From IMG/VR virus record IMGVR_UViG_3300011114_000582, positions 1 to 56,931 of that record: a DNA stretch of 56,931 nt; one strand, written 5' to 3'. The stretch is from a virus (lineage: Duplodnaviria > Caudoviricetes). Shown one piece after another: positions 7,386 through 16,311 of this stretch (positions are counted from its first letter, which is position 1; each line of letters opens with the position of its first letter). Position numbers and translations under genes: made by a program. Under the pieces are notes generated by a model that searched no databases, had not been told where the DNA came from, and saw only the letters and a list, made by a program, of their open reading frames with translations.

Positions 7386-9823
7386 TGTCAGCACAAGTAG
7401 CCATTACCCAACTACCCGCCGCCGGTGCAATCACTGGCACTGAGGCGGTCCCGATTGTACAGAACGGTGTGACGGTTCAGACGACGACCGGCGCGATCTC
7501 GGCGTCTCCATCGCAGACGCAGACATTCCTAACCAAAAATCAAGAGCCTACACTTCCCAACAGTCGCTACCTGTCCACTACGTCCGGTCTGACCTTGACC
7601 GACGGCGGGGCACAGTCTTTCTATCGAATCGCGCTCGATGGTGCGGCGGCGAGTCTTAACACCGCTGGCGGTGGTATCATTGTCAAAGACAGTAGCAATA
7701 CAGTCATCAACCGCTCGATCGCAGTGTCGGGCAGTGGTCTAAGCGTTTCTAACGGCGATGGCACAGGCGGTAATCCGACGCTTGAATTGACTGGTATCGC
7801 GGCCTCTATCGCCGCGCTGTCCGGCACTGGCATGCTGGCGATTACCGGTGGTGGTACTTCGATTTCGGGCCGTACGCTAGCGGGAACCGCGAACCAGATC
7901 AACATTGCGAACGCTAACGGTGCGGCAAGTGCTCCGGTGTTTAGCATCGCGGATGACGCGGTACTTCCCGGTACTGGAGGCGTTGTAGTTCCTAATGGTA
8001 CCACCGCACAGACTCCATCGGGCACTTCTGGTCAAATCAGATATAACACTGACTCACAACTATTCGAAGGCTTTGCGAATGGCTCTTGGACGCCCTTCAG
8101 CTTAGCCGGTGGCGTGTCTACCTTTAGCGCGGGATCAACTGGGCTTACCCCATCCGCGCCCGCCAGTGGTGTGGTGACACTCGGCGGTACATTGAACGTA
8201 TCGAGTGGCGGTACTGGCGCGAATACTCTCACTGGATATATTAAGGGATCCGGAACTTCGTCAATGACGGCCAGTGCTACAATCCCAAATACGGATATTA
8301 CTGGCTTGGGTACAATGTCCACGCAGAATGCTAGCGCAGTCGCGATTACTGGTGGGACGATTACTGGCGCAACGGTCACTGGTGGGACTATCGACAATAC
8401 CACGATTGGTGCTACGACAGCCGCCGCCGGTACTTTTACTAGCGTAGCGATGACTACAGGTACGATCGCTACCGCCCCCTCTTCGAACACAGACATCGTA
8501 AACAAAGAATATGCCGACTCGATTGCTTCGGGTCTAAATTTCCATCCAGCTTGCGATTACGCGACGACGGCGGATCTGGGCACTGTTCTGTACAACAATG
8601 GTGTGTCGGGTGTCGGTGCGACATTGACCAAGACTGTGCCTTTATCTACGCTGACAATTGATGGTCATACGTTTGTAAGTGGCGATATTGGCAAGCGCGT
8701 GTTGCTCAAAAACGAGACGAATAGCGCGTACAACGGCGTATATACCGTGACGGCTGTAGGCTCCGGTGTAGCGGCATGGGTTCTTACCCGTGCGACTGAC
8801 TACGATACGAGTGGAACTGGGACCAATGAGATCGACCAAGGCGATTTTGTGTTGGTCTTGTCCGGTTCGGCTAATGCTAACACATCTTGGGTTCAGCAGA
8901 CACCTTTACCTATTACTGTTGGCACAACTGGCATCACCTTTGTTCAGTTCGGCGCGCCTTTGACCTACACTGCTGGTACGGGTTTAAATGAGTCGCCTTC
9001 CTATACATTCAACATTGCTAACACTGGCGTGACTGCGGCGACCTATGGCTCAGCCTCACAAGTCCCAGTACTCGCGGTTAATGCGCAAGGTCAATTAACC
9101 TCGGTCACTAACACTTCGATAGCGATCTCAGCCGGTGCGGTGTCCGGTCTTGCGGCATCTGCGACCACTGACACTACTAACGCATCAAACATTAGCTCCG
9201 GAACGCTTGGAACGGGCCGTTTGAGTGGTTCTTACACTGGCATCACAGGTGTTGGTACACTGACCGCTGGCACATGGAACGGCTCAACAATTGGCATCGG
9301 TTATGGCGGCACAGGTCTGACAGCTACGCCTACCAACGGTCAGTTGGCCATTGGTAATGGTTCTGGTTACACATTGGCGAACCTGACCGCAGGAACGAAC
9401 GTCAGCATCTCAAACACCGCTGGTGGCATCACAATCTCTGCCACACCATCTTTCGGTGGGACTGTGACAAGTGTGGACATGACTGTCCCATCGTTCTTGT
9501 CAGTCTCTGGTAACCCGATCACGACAAGTGGCACTTTGGCTGTTACTTACTCTGGCACAGCTTTGCCAGTGGCTAATGGCGGTACAGGTGCAACAACGCT
9601 TTCAGGCTACTTGTTTGGTAACGGCACAAGCGCAGTAACAGCATCCACGACCATCCCTAATACAGCGATCACTGGTTTGGGAACAATGTCAACACAAAGT
9701 GCTGGCGCAGTAGCTATTACTGGTGGGACAATTAACGGAACATCGATTGGTGCGACAACGACATCAACGGGTGCATTTACTACTGTGACTGCCACTACTG
9801 GCATCTTCGGAGGAACCTTCTAA
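7385..9823 (+). CDS. Tail fibre protein
   Basis: 812 aa Thr/Gly/Ser-rich with repeated GGTG fibre motifs, NKEYAD and RVLLKNET...NGVY fibre segments. Confidence 0.75.
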   Translation: MSAQVAITQLPAAGAITGTEAVPIVQNGVTVQTTTGAISASPSQTQTFLTKNQEPTLPNSRYLSTTSGLTLTDGGAQSFYRIALDGAAASLNTAGGGIIVKDSSNTVINRSIAVSGSGLSVSNGDGTGGNPTLELTGIAASIAALSGTGMLAITGGGTSISGRTLAGTANQINIANANGAASAPVFSIADDAVLPGTGGVVVPNGTTAQTPSGTSGQIRYNTDSQLFEGFANGSWTPFSLAGGVSTFSAGSTGLTPSAPASGVVTLGGTLNVSSGGTGANTLTGYIKGSGTSSMTASATIPNTDITGLGTMSTQNASAVAITGGTITGATVTGGTIDNTTIGATTAAAGTFTSVAMTTGTIATAPSSNTDIVNKEYADSIASGLNFHPACDYATTADLGTVLYNNGVSGVGATLTKTVPLSTLTIDGHTFVSGDIGKRVLLKNETNSAYNGVYTVTAVGSGVAAWVLTRATDYDTSGTGTNEIDQGDFVLVLSGSANANTSWVQQTPLPITVGTTGITFVQFGAPLTYTAGTGLNESPSYTFNIANTGVTAATYGSASQVPVLAVNAQGQLTSVTNTSIAISAGAVSGLAASATTDTTNASNISSGTLGTGRLSGSYTGITGVGTLTAGTWNGSTIGIGYGGTGLTATPTNGQLAIGNGSGYTLANLTAGTNVSISNTAGGITISATPSFGGTVTSVDMTVPSFLSVSGNPITTSGTLAVTYSGTALPVANGGTGATTLSGYLFGNGTSAVTASTTIPNTAITGLGTMSTQSAGAVAITGGTINGTSIGATTTSTGAFTTVTATTGIFGGTF

Positions 9824-10287
9824 TGGCGGCTACTGGCTACACCCCAATTTCGCTGTACTACAGCACCACGGCTTCTGCCGTACCTTCTGCTGGCAACCTT
9901 GCTAATGGCGAGCTTGCGCTGAACATTGCTGACATGAAGCTGTATGCAAAGAACGGCTCAGGTGTTGTGACGCTATTGGCATCAAATGCGGCAACGTCTG
10001 GTGTCAGCACCATTTCATTTGGCTCCACGGGCTTAACGCCAAGCACAGCATCAAATGGTGCAATTACTGTGGCAGGTACGTTGGCGGTCTCAAACGGTGG
10101 TACAGGGTCTACTAGCCTGACAGCAAACAATGTGTTGTTGGGTAATGGTACTTCTGCGTTGCAGGCGGTGGCCCCCGGCACCTCGGGCAACATCTTGACC
10201 TCTAACGGCACAACATGGACATCCGCCGCAAACACAGGCGTTTCAACAGGTAAAAGCATCGCAATGGCGATGATCTTCGGGTTCTAA
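9823..10287 (+). CDS. Tail fibre-associated protein
   Basis: GELALNIADMKLY motif plus a GGTG repeat homologous to the upstream fibre. Confidence 0.65.
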   Translation: MAATGYTPISLYYSTTASAVPSAGNLANGELALNIADMKLYAKNGSGVVTLLASNAATSGVSTISFGSTGLTPSTASNGAITVAGTLAVSNGGTGSTSLTANNVLLGNGTSALQAVAPGTSGNILTSNGTTWTSAANTGVSTGKSIAMAMIFGF

Positions 10288-10297
10288 GGAGCAATAA

Positions 10298-10669
10298 ATG
10301 GCAAATCCAAACATCGTAAACGTCACGTCGATCTACGGCAACACGTCTTACCTTATTCCTAGCACGACAAGCGCAACCACTTGGACTGCGTTGACTCCTG
10401 CAACTGGCACTGTTAACAAGATTGACAACATCGTTGCGGCCAATGTGACAGCTTCTGCTGTTGCTGTGACTGTTTCGATCAATAGCGCAACTGGTGGTGG
10501 CGGTACAGCTTACCGCATCGCCTACCAGATCAGCGTCCCTGCCAACGCATCACTCATCATTGTGGACAAGACAACTGCTTTCTACTGCGGTGAAGGTCAA
10601 TCCATTGTGGTGACTGTTGGCACTGGCAGTGCAATTGAATTGACAGCAAGCTACGAAGCAATCACCTGA
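10298..10669 (+). CDS. Small tail-associated beta protein
   Basis: 123-aa ORF with AAGGAG RBS in the fibre cluster. Confidence 0.65.
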   Translation: MANPNIVNVTSIYGNTSYLIPSTTSATTWTALTPATGTVNKIDNIVAANVTASAVAVTVSINSATGGGGTAYRIAYQISVPANASLIIVDKTTAFYCGEGQSIVVTVGTGSAIELTASYEAIT

Positions 10670-10682
10670 TAGGAGCGACTCT

Positions 10683-11819
10683 ATGTCGATGCGCTATCAA
10701 GCCGCCATATTGACGGCATCGTATTTTCCGTTGCAGACGCCTGATGCTCCTACGATTGGTACAGCCACGGCTGGAAATACTCAAGTTTCTGTTGCTTTTA
10801 CCGCCCCTACAAATGTGGGTGGTGGCGCAATCACGTCTTACATTGCGATTGTAAAAAACTCATCAACAGGCGATGTAGTGACAAACACAGGCGCATCTTC
10901 TCCAATTGTCGTAACTGGTTTAACAAATGGGGTTGCTTACACAGCTACCGTATCTGCTACAAATGCTTACGGTACTGGCCCTGCAAGTTCGGCAAGTGGT
11001 TCGTTTACTCCAGCCGCTCCAACTAACCCTTCATCAGTTGAGTATTTAGTAGTTGCTGGTGGCGGTGGTGGTGGTTCAACGCGAGGCGGTGGAGGCGGTG
11101 CAGGCGGCTACAGAACAGCCAGTGGTTTTGCAGTTACTGCTGGAACTCCAATTACCGTTACTGTTGGCGGTGGTGGAACTGGGTGGAATTGGACGACTTC
11201 TGCTCCCGCTGGTGGCAATGGAAGCAATTCTGTATTTAGTTCTATTACTTCTGTTGGCGGTGGTTTGGGTGGTGGTAGAAGCCCGAGTCAAGCAGGCCAA
11301 ACTGGAGGTTCTGGTGGTGGCGGAGAAGGGGATGGAGGAGTTGCGGCAAATGGTGGTGCTGGCACTTCTGGACAAGGAAATTCTGGTGGAACATCTTCTG
11401 GAAACTACGGTTCTGGTGGTGGTGGCGCAGGAGCCGCTGGCGCCAATGCATCAAGCGCAACAACTGCTGGTGGTGTCGGTTTAGCATCTTCAATTTCTGG
11501 CTCTAGCACATATTACGCTGGAGGAGGTGGTGGTGGCGCTTTAACTGGTGCTGGTAGTGCTGGAGGAAATGGCGGAGGTGGTACTGGTGGCAACGGAACT
11601 ACAAATACTGCTGGAACTGATGGAACTTCAAATACTGGTGGCGGTGGTGGCGGCGGCGGCGATAATGCAAATGGTGGCAACGGCGGCTCAGGCATTGTGA
11701 TTATTCGCTACGCTGACACATACTCAGCCGCAACATCTACCACTGGTTCGCCAACAATTACTGTGGGTGGCGGTTATCGTATTTATAAATGGACGGGCAG
11801 TGGCTCGATTACTTTCTAA
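10683..11819 (+). CDS. Fibronectin type III plus glycine-rich (polyglycine II-type) receptor-binding/fibre protein
   Basis: PDAPTIGTATAG...VTGLTNGVAYT FN3; VEYLVVAGGGGG...GSGIVIIRY Gly-rich domain. Confidence 0.75.
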   Translation: MSMRYQAAILTASYFPLQTPDAPTIGTATAGNTQVSVAFTAPTNVGGGAITSYIAIVKNSSTGDVVTNTGASSPIVVTGLTNGVAYTATVSATNAYGTGPASSASGSFTPAAPTNPSSVEYLVVAGGGGGGSTRGGGGGAGGYRTASGFAVTAGTPITVTVGGGGTGWNWTTSAPAGGNGSNSVFSSITSVGGGLGGGRSPSQAGQTGGSGGGGEGDGGVAANGGAGTSGQGNSGGTSSGNYGSGGGGAGAAGANASSATTAGGVGLASSISGSSTYYAGGGGGGALTGAGSAGGNGGGGTGGNGTTNTAGTDGTSNTGGGGGGGGDNANGGNGGSGIVIIRYADTYSAATSTTGSPTITVGGGYRIYKWTGSGSITF

Positions 11820-11828
11820 GGATAGTCA

Positions 11829-13034
11829 ATGCCTAATTTCAATGGACTTTGGACATCACGACAACAGTTGCAAGCAATTGCGGCCAGTCTTTGGCCGTCC
11901 AAACCCGGTGCGCCAACGATCGGAACCGCAACAGCGGGGAATGCCAGCGCATCCGTAACTTTTACTGCGCCATCGCAAACTGGCTATCCAACAAGTCTTA
12001 CCTATACCGTGACTTCAAGCCCCGGAGGTTTTACTGGCACTGGGTCATCTTCTCCAATTACTGTTTCTGGCTTGACAAATGGAACTGCGTACACATTCAC
12101 AGTAACTGCAACAAATGCAACTGGCACTGGGCCAGCAAGCGGAGCTTCTAATAGCGTAACGCCAGTTGCTCCATCAAGGATTTTCACGATCTCCCCTTCG
12201 GTGTCTGGTAAGTCAACATGGAATCTTGATGTCGACGGGCCTCTTACATTGTCTGCATACGGTGATTGGACTATTACACCAAGTTCCACCTTTTCAGCAT
12301 CAGTCAAAATGTGGGGTGGTGGTGGCGGTCGAGGTAATAACACAGGCGCAACGGGTGGTGGTGGCGGCTATGCGGGTGCTACTGTTTCGTTCACTAACGC
12401 CCAAGCGCACATTCTTTCTGTCGGGCAAGGCGGATTGTTTGGCAATCCATCGGGCAGTGCATTTAATGGTGGCGGCCCCGGTAAAGGGAGTTCGCAAAAT
12501 GCTGGCGGCGGCGCTGGCTACACTGGAATTTTTAGGTCTTCCAAGACACAAGGGAATGCCGTTCTGATCGCTGGTGGTGGCGGTGGCAACGGTTATTCAT
12601 TTGGCACAAACCAAGGTAACGGTGGCGCTGGAGGTGGCTCTAGTGGTCAATCTGGCTATGGCGGAAATCCCGGTGGTGATGTAAACAATCAAGGCACACA
12701 ATCTGCTGGAGGCCCAAGTGGTAGTGGCTCTGCAACTTCTGGCTCTGCATTGCAAGGTGGTGATGGAACTGGTGGCAGTTACAACGGAGGCGGCGGTGGC
12801 GGCTATTACGGTGGTGGTGCTGGCGGTACATTTAGCACCCCGATTAGCACTAATTATGCAGGTGGAGGTGGTGGCTCAGGCTACTACAACCCAACTTACG
12901 CCTCCTCTGCCACACTGACAACTGGCAGTTACTCAACACCCGGCAACAGCGGGGATGCAAATCGCGGAACATCTGGCAATGGTTCAACATCGCAAGATAC
13001 TGCTGGCAATGACGGCAAAATCTACATCGTATAA
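11829..13034 (+). CDS. Fibronectin type III plus glycine-rich receptor-binding/fibre protein
   Basis: PGAPTIGTATAG...VSGLTNGTAYTFTVTATN FN3; KMWGGGGG, LIAGGGGG Gly-rich domain. Confidence 0.75.
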   Translation: MPNFNGLWTSRQQLQAIAASLWPSKPGAPTIGTATAGNASASVTFTAPSQTGYPTSLTYTVTSSPGGFTGTGSSSPITVSGLTNGTAYTFTVTATNATGTGPASGASNSVTPVAPSRIFTISPSVSGKSTWNLDVDGPLTLSAYGDWTITPSSTFSASVKMWGGGGGRGNNTGATGGGGGYAGATVSFTNAQAHILSVGQGGLFGNPSGSAFNGGGPGKGSSQNAGGGAGYTGIFRSSKTQGNAVLIAGGGGGNGYSFGTNQGNGGAGGGSSGQSGYGGNPGGDVNNQGTQSAGGPSGSGSATSGSALQGGDGTGGSYNGGGGGGYYGGGAGGTFSTPISTNYAGGGGGSGYYNPTYASSATLTTGSYSTPGNSGDANRGTSGNGSTSQDTAGNDGKIYIV

Positions 13035-13043
13035 AGGACAAAA

Positions 13044-13406
13044 ATGGCACATTACGCACAACTTGATGAAAACAACATCGTCTTGCAAGTCATCGTTGTT
13101 CACAACAACGACTGTATGCTTAATGGTGTAGAAGACGAAGAACGTGGTGAATTGTTTTGTAGAAGTCTTTTTGGCATAGACACCATTTGGAAAAAAACAA
13201 GTTACAACGCAACTATTCGTAAGAACTATGCTGGAATTGGCTACACATACGATGCAACTCGTGATGCATTTATCCCCCCACAGCCATTTGCAAGTTGGAT
13301 TTTGAATGAAAGCAATTGTCATTGGGAATCGCCAACTGCCATGCCTACTGATGGCAAACAATACCAATGGGATGAGTCGTCTACTTCTTGGGTGGAGATT
13401 GTATGA
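13044..13406 (+). CDS. Hypothetical protein typical of Gly-rich fibre clusters (possible assembly chaperone)
   Basis: MAHYAQLDENNIV...RKNYAGIGYTYD...FIPPQPFASW motif. Confidence 0.65.
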   Translation: MAHYAQLDENNIVLQVIVVHNNDCMLNGVEDEERGELFCRSLFGIDTIWKKTSYNATIRKNYAGIGYTYDATRDAFIPPQPFASWILNESNCHWESPTAMPTDGKQYQWDESSTSWVEIV

Positions 13407-14335
13407 GTGAACAATATCCCGGTGGGTTTATAACCAAGACCGCACCAACTGTATCGACATCGTCGGCACAGGGGATGTGGACTCTTTCTCAGCAGGCAGG
13501 TTATCAAAAGCAAGGTGTTTGGCCTCCAACATCTGCGTCTTCTGTTGAATACTTGGTCGTCGCTGGTGGTGGTGGTGGCGGCAATTACGTCGGTGGTGGT
13601 GGTGGCGCTGGTGGTTTTAGAACTGCTACAGGTCTTGCCGTAACTGCGGGTTCTGCAATAACAGTTACCGTTGGTGCAGGTGGTGCAGGAGCCACAACGG
13701 GCGGTCAAGTAAACAACGGTTCAAACTCTGTATTTAGCTCAATCACTTCAACTGGCGGTGGAGGTGGCGGCTCTTATTTTGCTGGTTTTAGAAACGGCGG
13801 TAATGGTGGTTCTGGTGGTGGCGGTTGTCCAACTGGTTCTATTGGTACTGGAGGTACAGGAACATCTGGTCAAGGAAATGCGGGTGGTTTGTCAATTTCT
13901 GTAACTGGTACTGCGGATGATTACAACAGGGGTGGTGGTGGTGGTGGAGCTTCTTCTTCTGGAGCTTATGGAGGTTCTGGCGGTAATGGCGGCTCTGGAA
14001 CATCAAGCAGTATTTCTGGCGCATCTGTAACTTATGCGGGTGGCGGTGGTGCGGGTGTTCAAAACAATACAGAAAGTTCTGGTGGTTCTGGTGGCGGTGG
14101 TTTAGGTGGTGGCGGTAGCATTAACAACGGCGGTGCGGCTACGACTAACACTGGTGGTGGCGGTGGCGGTGGTGGATCTGGGTTCAATGGCGGTAATGGT
14201 GGTTCTGGAATAGTAATTATTCGTTACGCAGACACTTTCCCAGCCGCAACCTCAACCACTGGTTCGCCGACAATCACTGTGGCTGGTGGATACCGCGTAT
14301 ACAAATGGACATCTTCTGGCTCAATCACTTTCTAA
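13403..14335 (+). CDS. Glycine-rich fibre/receptor-binding protein
   Basis: VEYLVVAGGGGG...GSGIVIIRY; paralogous to 10683-11819; ATG overlaps upstream stop. Confidence 0.75.
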   Translation: MSEQYPGGFITKTAPTVSTSSAQGMWTLSQQAGYQKQGVWPPTSASSVEYLVVAGGGGGGNYVGGGGGAGGFRTATGLAVTAGSAITVTVGAGGAGATTGGQVNNGSNSVFSSITSTGGGGGGSYFAGFRNGGNGGSGGGGCPTGSIGTGGTGTSGQGNAGGLSISVTGTADDYNRGGGGGGASSSGAYGGSGGNGGSGTSSSISGASVTYAGGGGAGVQNNTESSGGSGGGGLGGGGSINNGGAATTNTGGGGGGGGSGFNGGNGGSGIVIIRYADTFPAATSTTGSPTITVAGGYRVYKWTSSGSITF

Positions 14336-14344
14336 GGAATAAAA

Positions 14345-14491
14345 ATGCATCTACAACTACCAATTGAAACAGTCAATCAAGTTCTTGGTTACCTTGGCAC
14401 ACGCCCCTATCAAGAGGTGTACAGCCTGATTCAAGCAATTCAAGACGCCGCAAAACCACCAAAGGTCGAAGATGGAAACAGTGGAGACTAA
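14345..14491 (+). CDS. Small hypothetical protein (48 aa)
   Basis: Manual translation MHLQLPIETVNQVLGYLGTRPYQEV...; AAGGA RBS. Confidence 0.6.
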   Translation: MHLQLPIETVNQVLGYLGTRPYQEVYSLIQAIQDAAKPPKVEDGNSGD

Positions 14492-14666
14492 ATTGTCCGT
14501 GCATGAAGCAGTGTGCGCCCAGCGTTACGAGCGTATTAACGAATCGCTGGACAGCGGTAAAAAACGTATGAAGACGATAGAAATATTGCTTTACATCACT
14601 ATTGCCGCAGTGCTTCTTGGTCCCGGCGTTGCCGCCGAGTTTGTTAAAAAGCTATTGGGGATCTAA
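14472..14666 (+). CDS. Small membrane protein, holin/XhlA-like
   Basis: HEAVCAQRY coiled segment plus C-terminal TM helix, upstream of the lysin. Confidence 0.5.
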   Translation: METVETKLSVHEAVCAQRYERINESLDSGKKRMKTIEILLYITIAAVLLGPGVAAEFVKKLLGI

Positions 14667-15160
14667 TGTTCGAACTCGTAAGTGGTGGACTGTTCGGCGG
14701 TTTGATCGGAGGTCTCTTCCGACTCGCTCCCGAGGTGCTCAAGTATTTCGACAAGAAGAACGAGCGAGAGCATGAACTCGCGATGTTTGCCCGCCAATGT
14801 GAACTCGAGACGCTCCGGGGCCAGCAAAAGCTCGCCGAGATCGGGGCACAACGCGAAGCCGCCGTGGACGTCGGGGTCATGGACGCGTTCAAAGCGGCGA
14901 TCGACCAGCAAGCCGAGATGGTCAAAGCCGCCGGAGGCTGGTCCGCGAGCCTATCAGCTTCCGTCCGACCCGTGGTCACCTACTGGATTATGGCTTTGTG
15001 GTCGTTCATTCACCTCTGGTTCGCGTGGCAAGCTCATCGCGCCGGAGCCTCGCCCGAGGTGGTGTTCAAGACCATGATGACCGTGGACTTCTGCGCTTTG
15101 GTGTCGGGCACCATCAACTACTGGTTCCTCGACCGCACCCTCAAGCAACGCGGGCTATGA
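14666..15160 (+). CDS. Putative holin
   Basis: N-terminal hydrophobic Gly-rich helix, SVRPVVTY, further TM segments, YWFLDR end; directly before the lysin. Confidence 0.55.
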   Translation: MFELVSGGLFGGLIGGLFRLAPEVLKYFDKKNEREHELAMFARQCELETLRGQQKLAEIGAQREAAVDVGVMDAFKAAIDQQAEMVKAAGGWSASLSASVRPVVTYWIMALWSFIHLWFAWQAHRAGASPEVVFKTMMTVDFCALVSGTINYWFLDRTLKQRGL

Positions 15161-15615
15161 ATCTGGAACTGGCCGCCGAACTTTGCCGCAGGTTCGAAGG
15201 CTACCGGGCGAAGCCCTACCTCTGCCCGGCCGGAGTGCCGACTATTGGGTACGGCTCCACATACTACGCTGATGGCCGTAAGGTGACTCTCGAGGACCTC
15301 CCAATGGACGAACCCACGGCTCGTGCGCTCTTAATGGCGGAGTTACTCCACACCTACGCTCCCGGTGCTATACGTCAGTGTCCGAATCTCCTCGTCCTCG
15401 CCGCGCAGGGCGACCCCCGGAAGCTGAATGCGATCGTGGACTTTTGCTACAATCTCGGTATCGGGCGGCTTCAGACCTCGACACTCCGGCGCAAGATCAA
15501 CGCTGGCGACTGGGAGGGCGCGAAAGAGCAATTGATGCTGTGGACCCGGGGTGGCGGCAAGGTGTTGCCGGGGCTACTCAAGAGGCGCACCGCCGAGTGT
15601 GCTTTGCTGGATTGA
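15157..15615 (+). CDS. Endolysin, GH24 lysozyme
   Basis: FEG...PYLCPAGVPTIGYG catalytic region, FCYNLG, LPGLLKRRTAE. Confidence 0.9.
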   Translation: MNLELAAELCRRFEGYRAKPYLCPAGVPTIGYGSTYYADGRKVTLEDLPMDEPTARALLMAELLHTYAPGAIRQCPNLLVLAAQGDPRKLNAIVDFCYNLGIGRLQTSTLRRKINAGDWEGAKEQLMLWTRGGGKVLPGLLKRRTAECALLD

Positions 15616-15640
15616 CCTGATGCTAAAAACATGGTATAAT
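15612..15640 (+). promoter_or_regulatory. sigma70-type promoter for the distal tail/ejection operon
   Basis: TTGACC-N17-TATAAT with extended TG. Confidence 0.65.
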
Positions 15641-15675
15641 TTCGTCCAACGTTGCCATTCGTGTGAAGGACTTCT

Positions 15676-16311
15676 ATGACTGCCGCGTCGGTGATGACCT
15701 ACGACTCCCTTGTTGAAAACATCCAGTCCTATCTGGAGCGTAACGACACCGCTACTCTCGACAAGATCCCTCTCTTCATCATGCTCGCCGAGCAGGTGAT
15801 CGCGTCCAAGATCAAATTCCTTGGTAACTTGACCGTCAACACGAGTAACATGGTGGCCAACAACGCCGTGATCGCGAAGCCCGCTCGGTGGCACAAGACA
15901 GTATCGATGAATATCACAGTAGCCGGTGAGCGTCAGCCCGTGCTCCTGCGCAAGTACGAGTACCTTCGTAACTATGCTCCGGACCCCACCGAGACTGGGA
16001 TGCCGAAGTATTACGCGGACTACGATTATTCGAATTGGCTCGTCGCCCCCACGCCCGATTCCGCGTACGACTTCGAGGTGTTGTACTACGAGCGGGTGCA
16101 ACCACTGGACTCAAGTAACCAGACGAACTGGTTCACGGTATATGCACCGCAAGCATTGCTCTACGGCTCGCTCTTGCAAGCGATGCCATTCCTGAAAAAC
16201 GACGATCGTATTCCGATGTGGCAAGCGCAATACGACGCTATCATGGCCACATTGAGCGAGGAGGACAAACTCCGTGTCGCTGATCGCCAAGCTATTGCGG
16301 TGGATTCATGA
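15676..16311 (+). CDS. Head-tail adaptor-like protein
   Basis: PKYYA...LVAPTPDSAY, NWF...APQALLYGSL adaptor-type motifs. Confidence 0.6.
   Translation: MTAASVMTYDSLVENIQSYLERNDTATLDKIPLFIMLAEQVIASKIKFLGNLTVNTSNMVANNAVIAKPARWHKTVSMNITVAGERQPVLLRKYEYLRNYAPDPTETGMPKYYADYDYSNWLVAPTPDSAYDFEVLYYERVQPLDSSNQTNWFTVYAPQALLYGSLLQAMPFLKNDDRIPMWQAQYDAIMATLSEEDKLRVADRQAIAVDS

Noticed and set aside
10683-14335. Diversity-generating retroelement template/variable repeat pair in the duplicated fibre ends
   Set aside because: No reverse transcriptase gene; differences are mostly synonymous and not adenine-specific.
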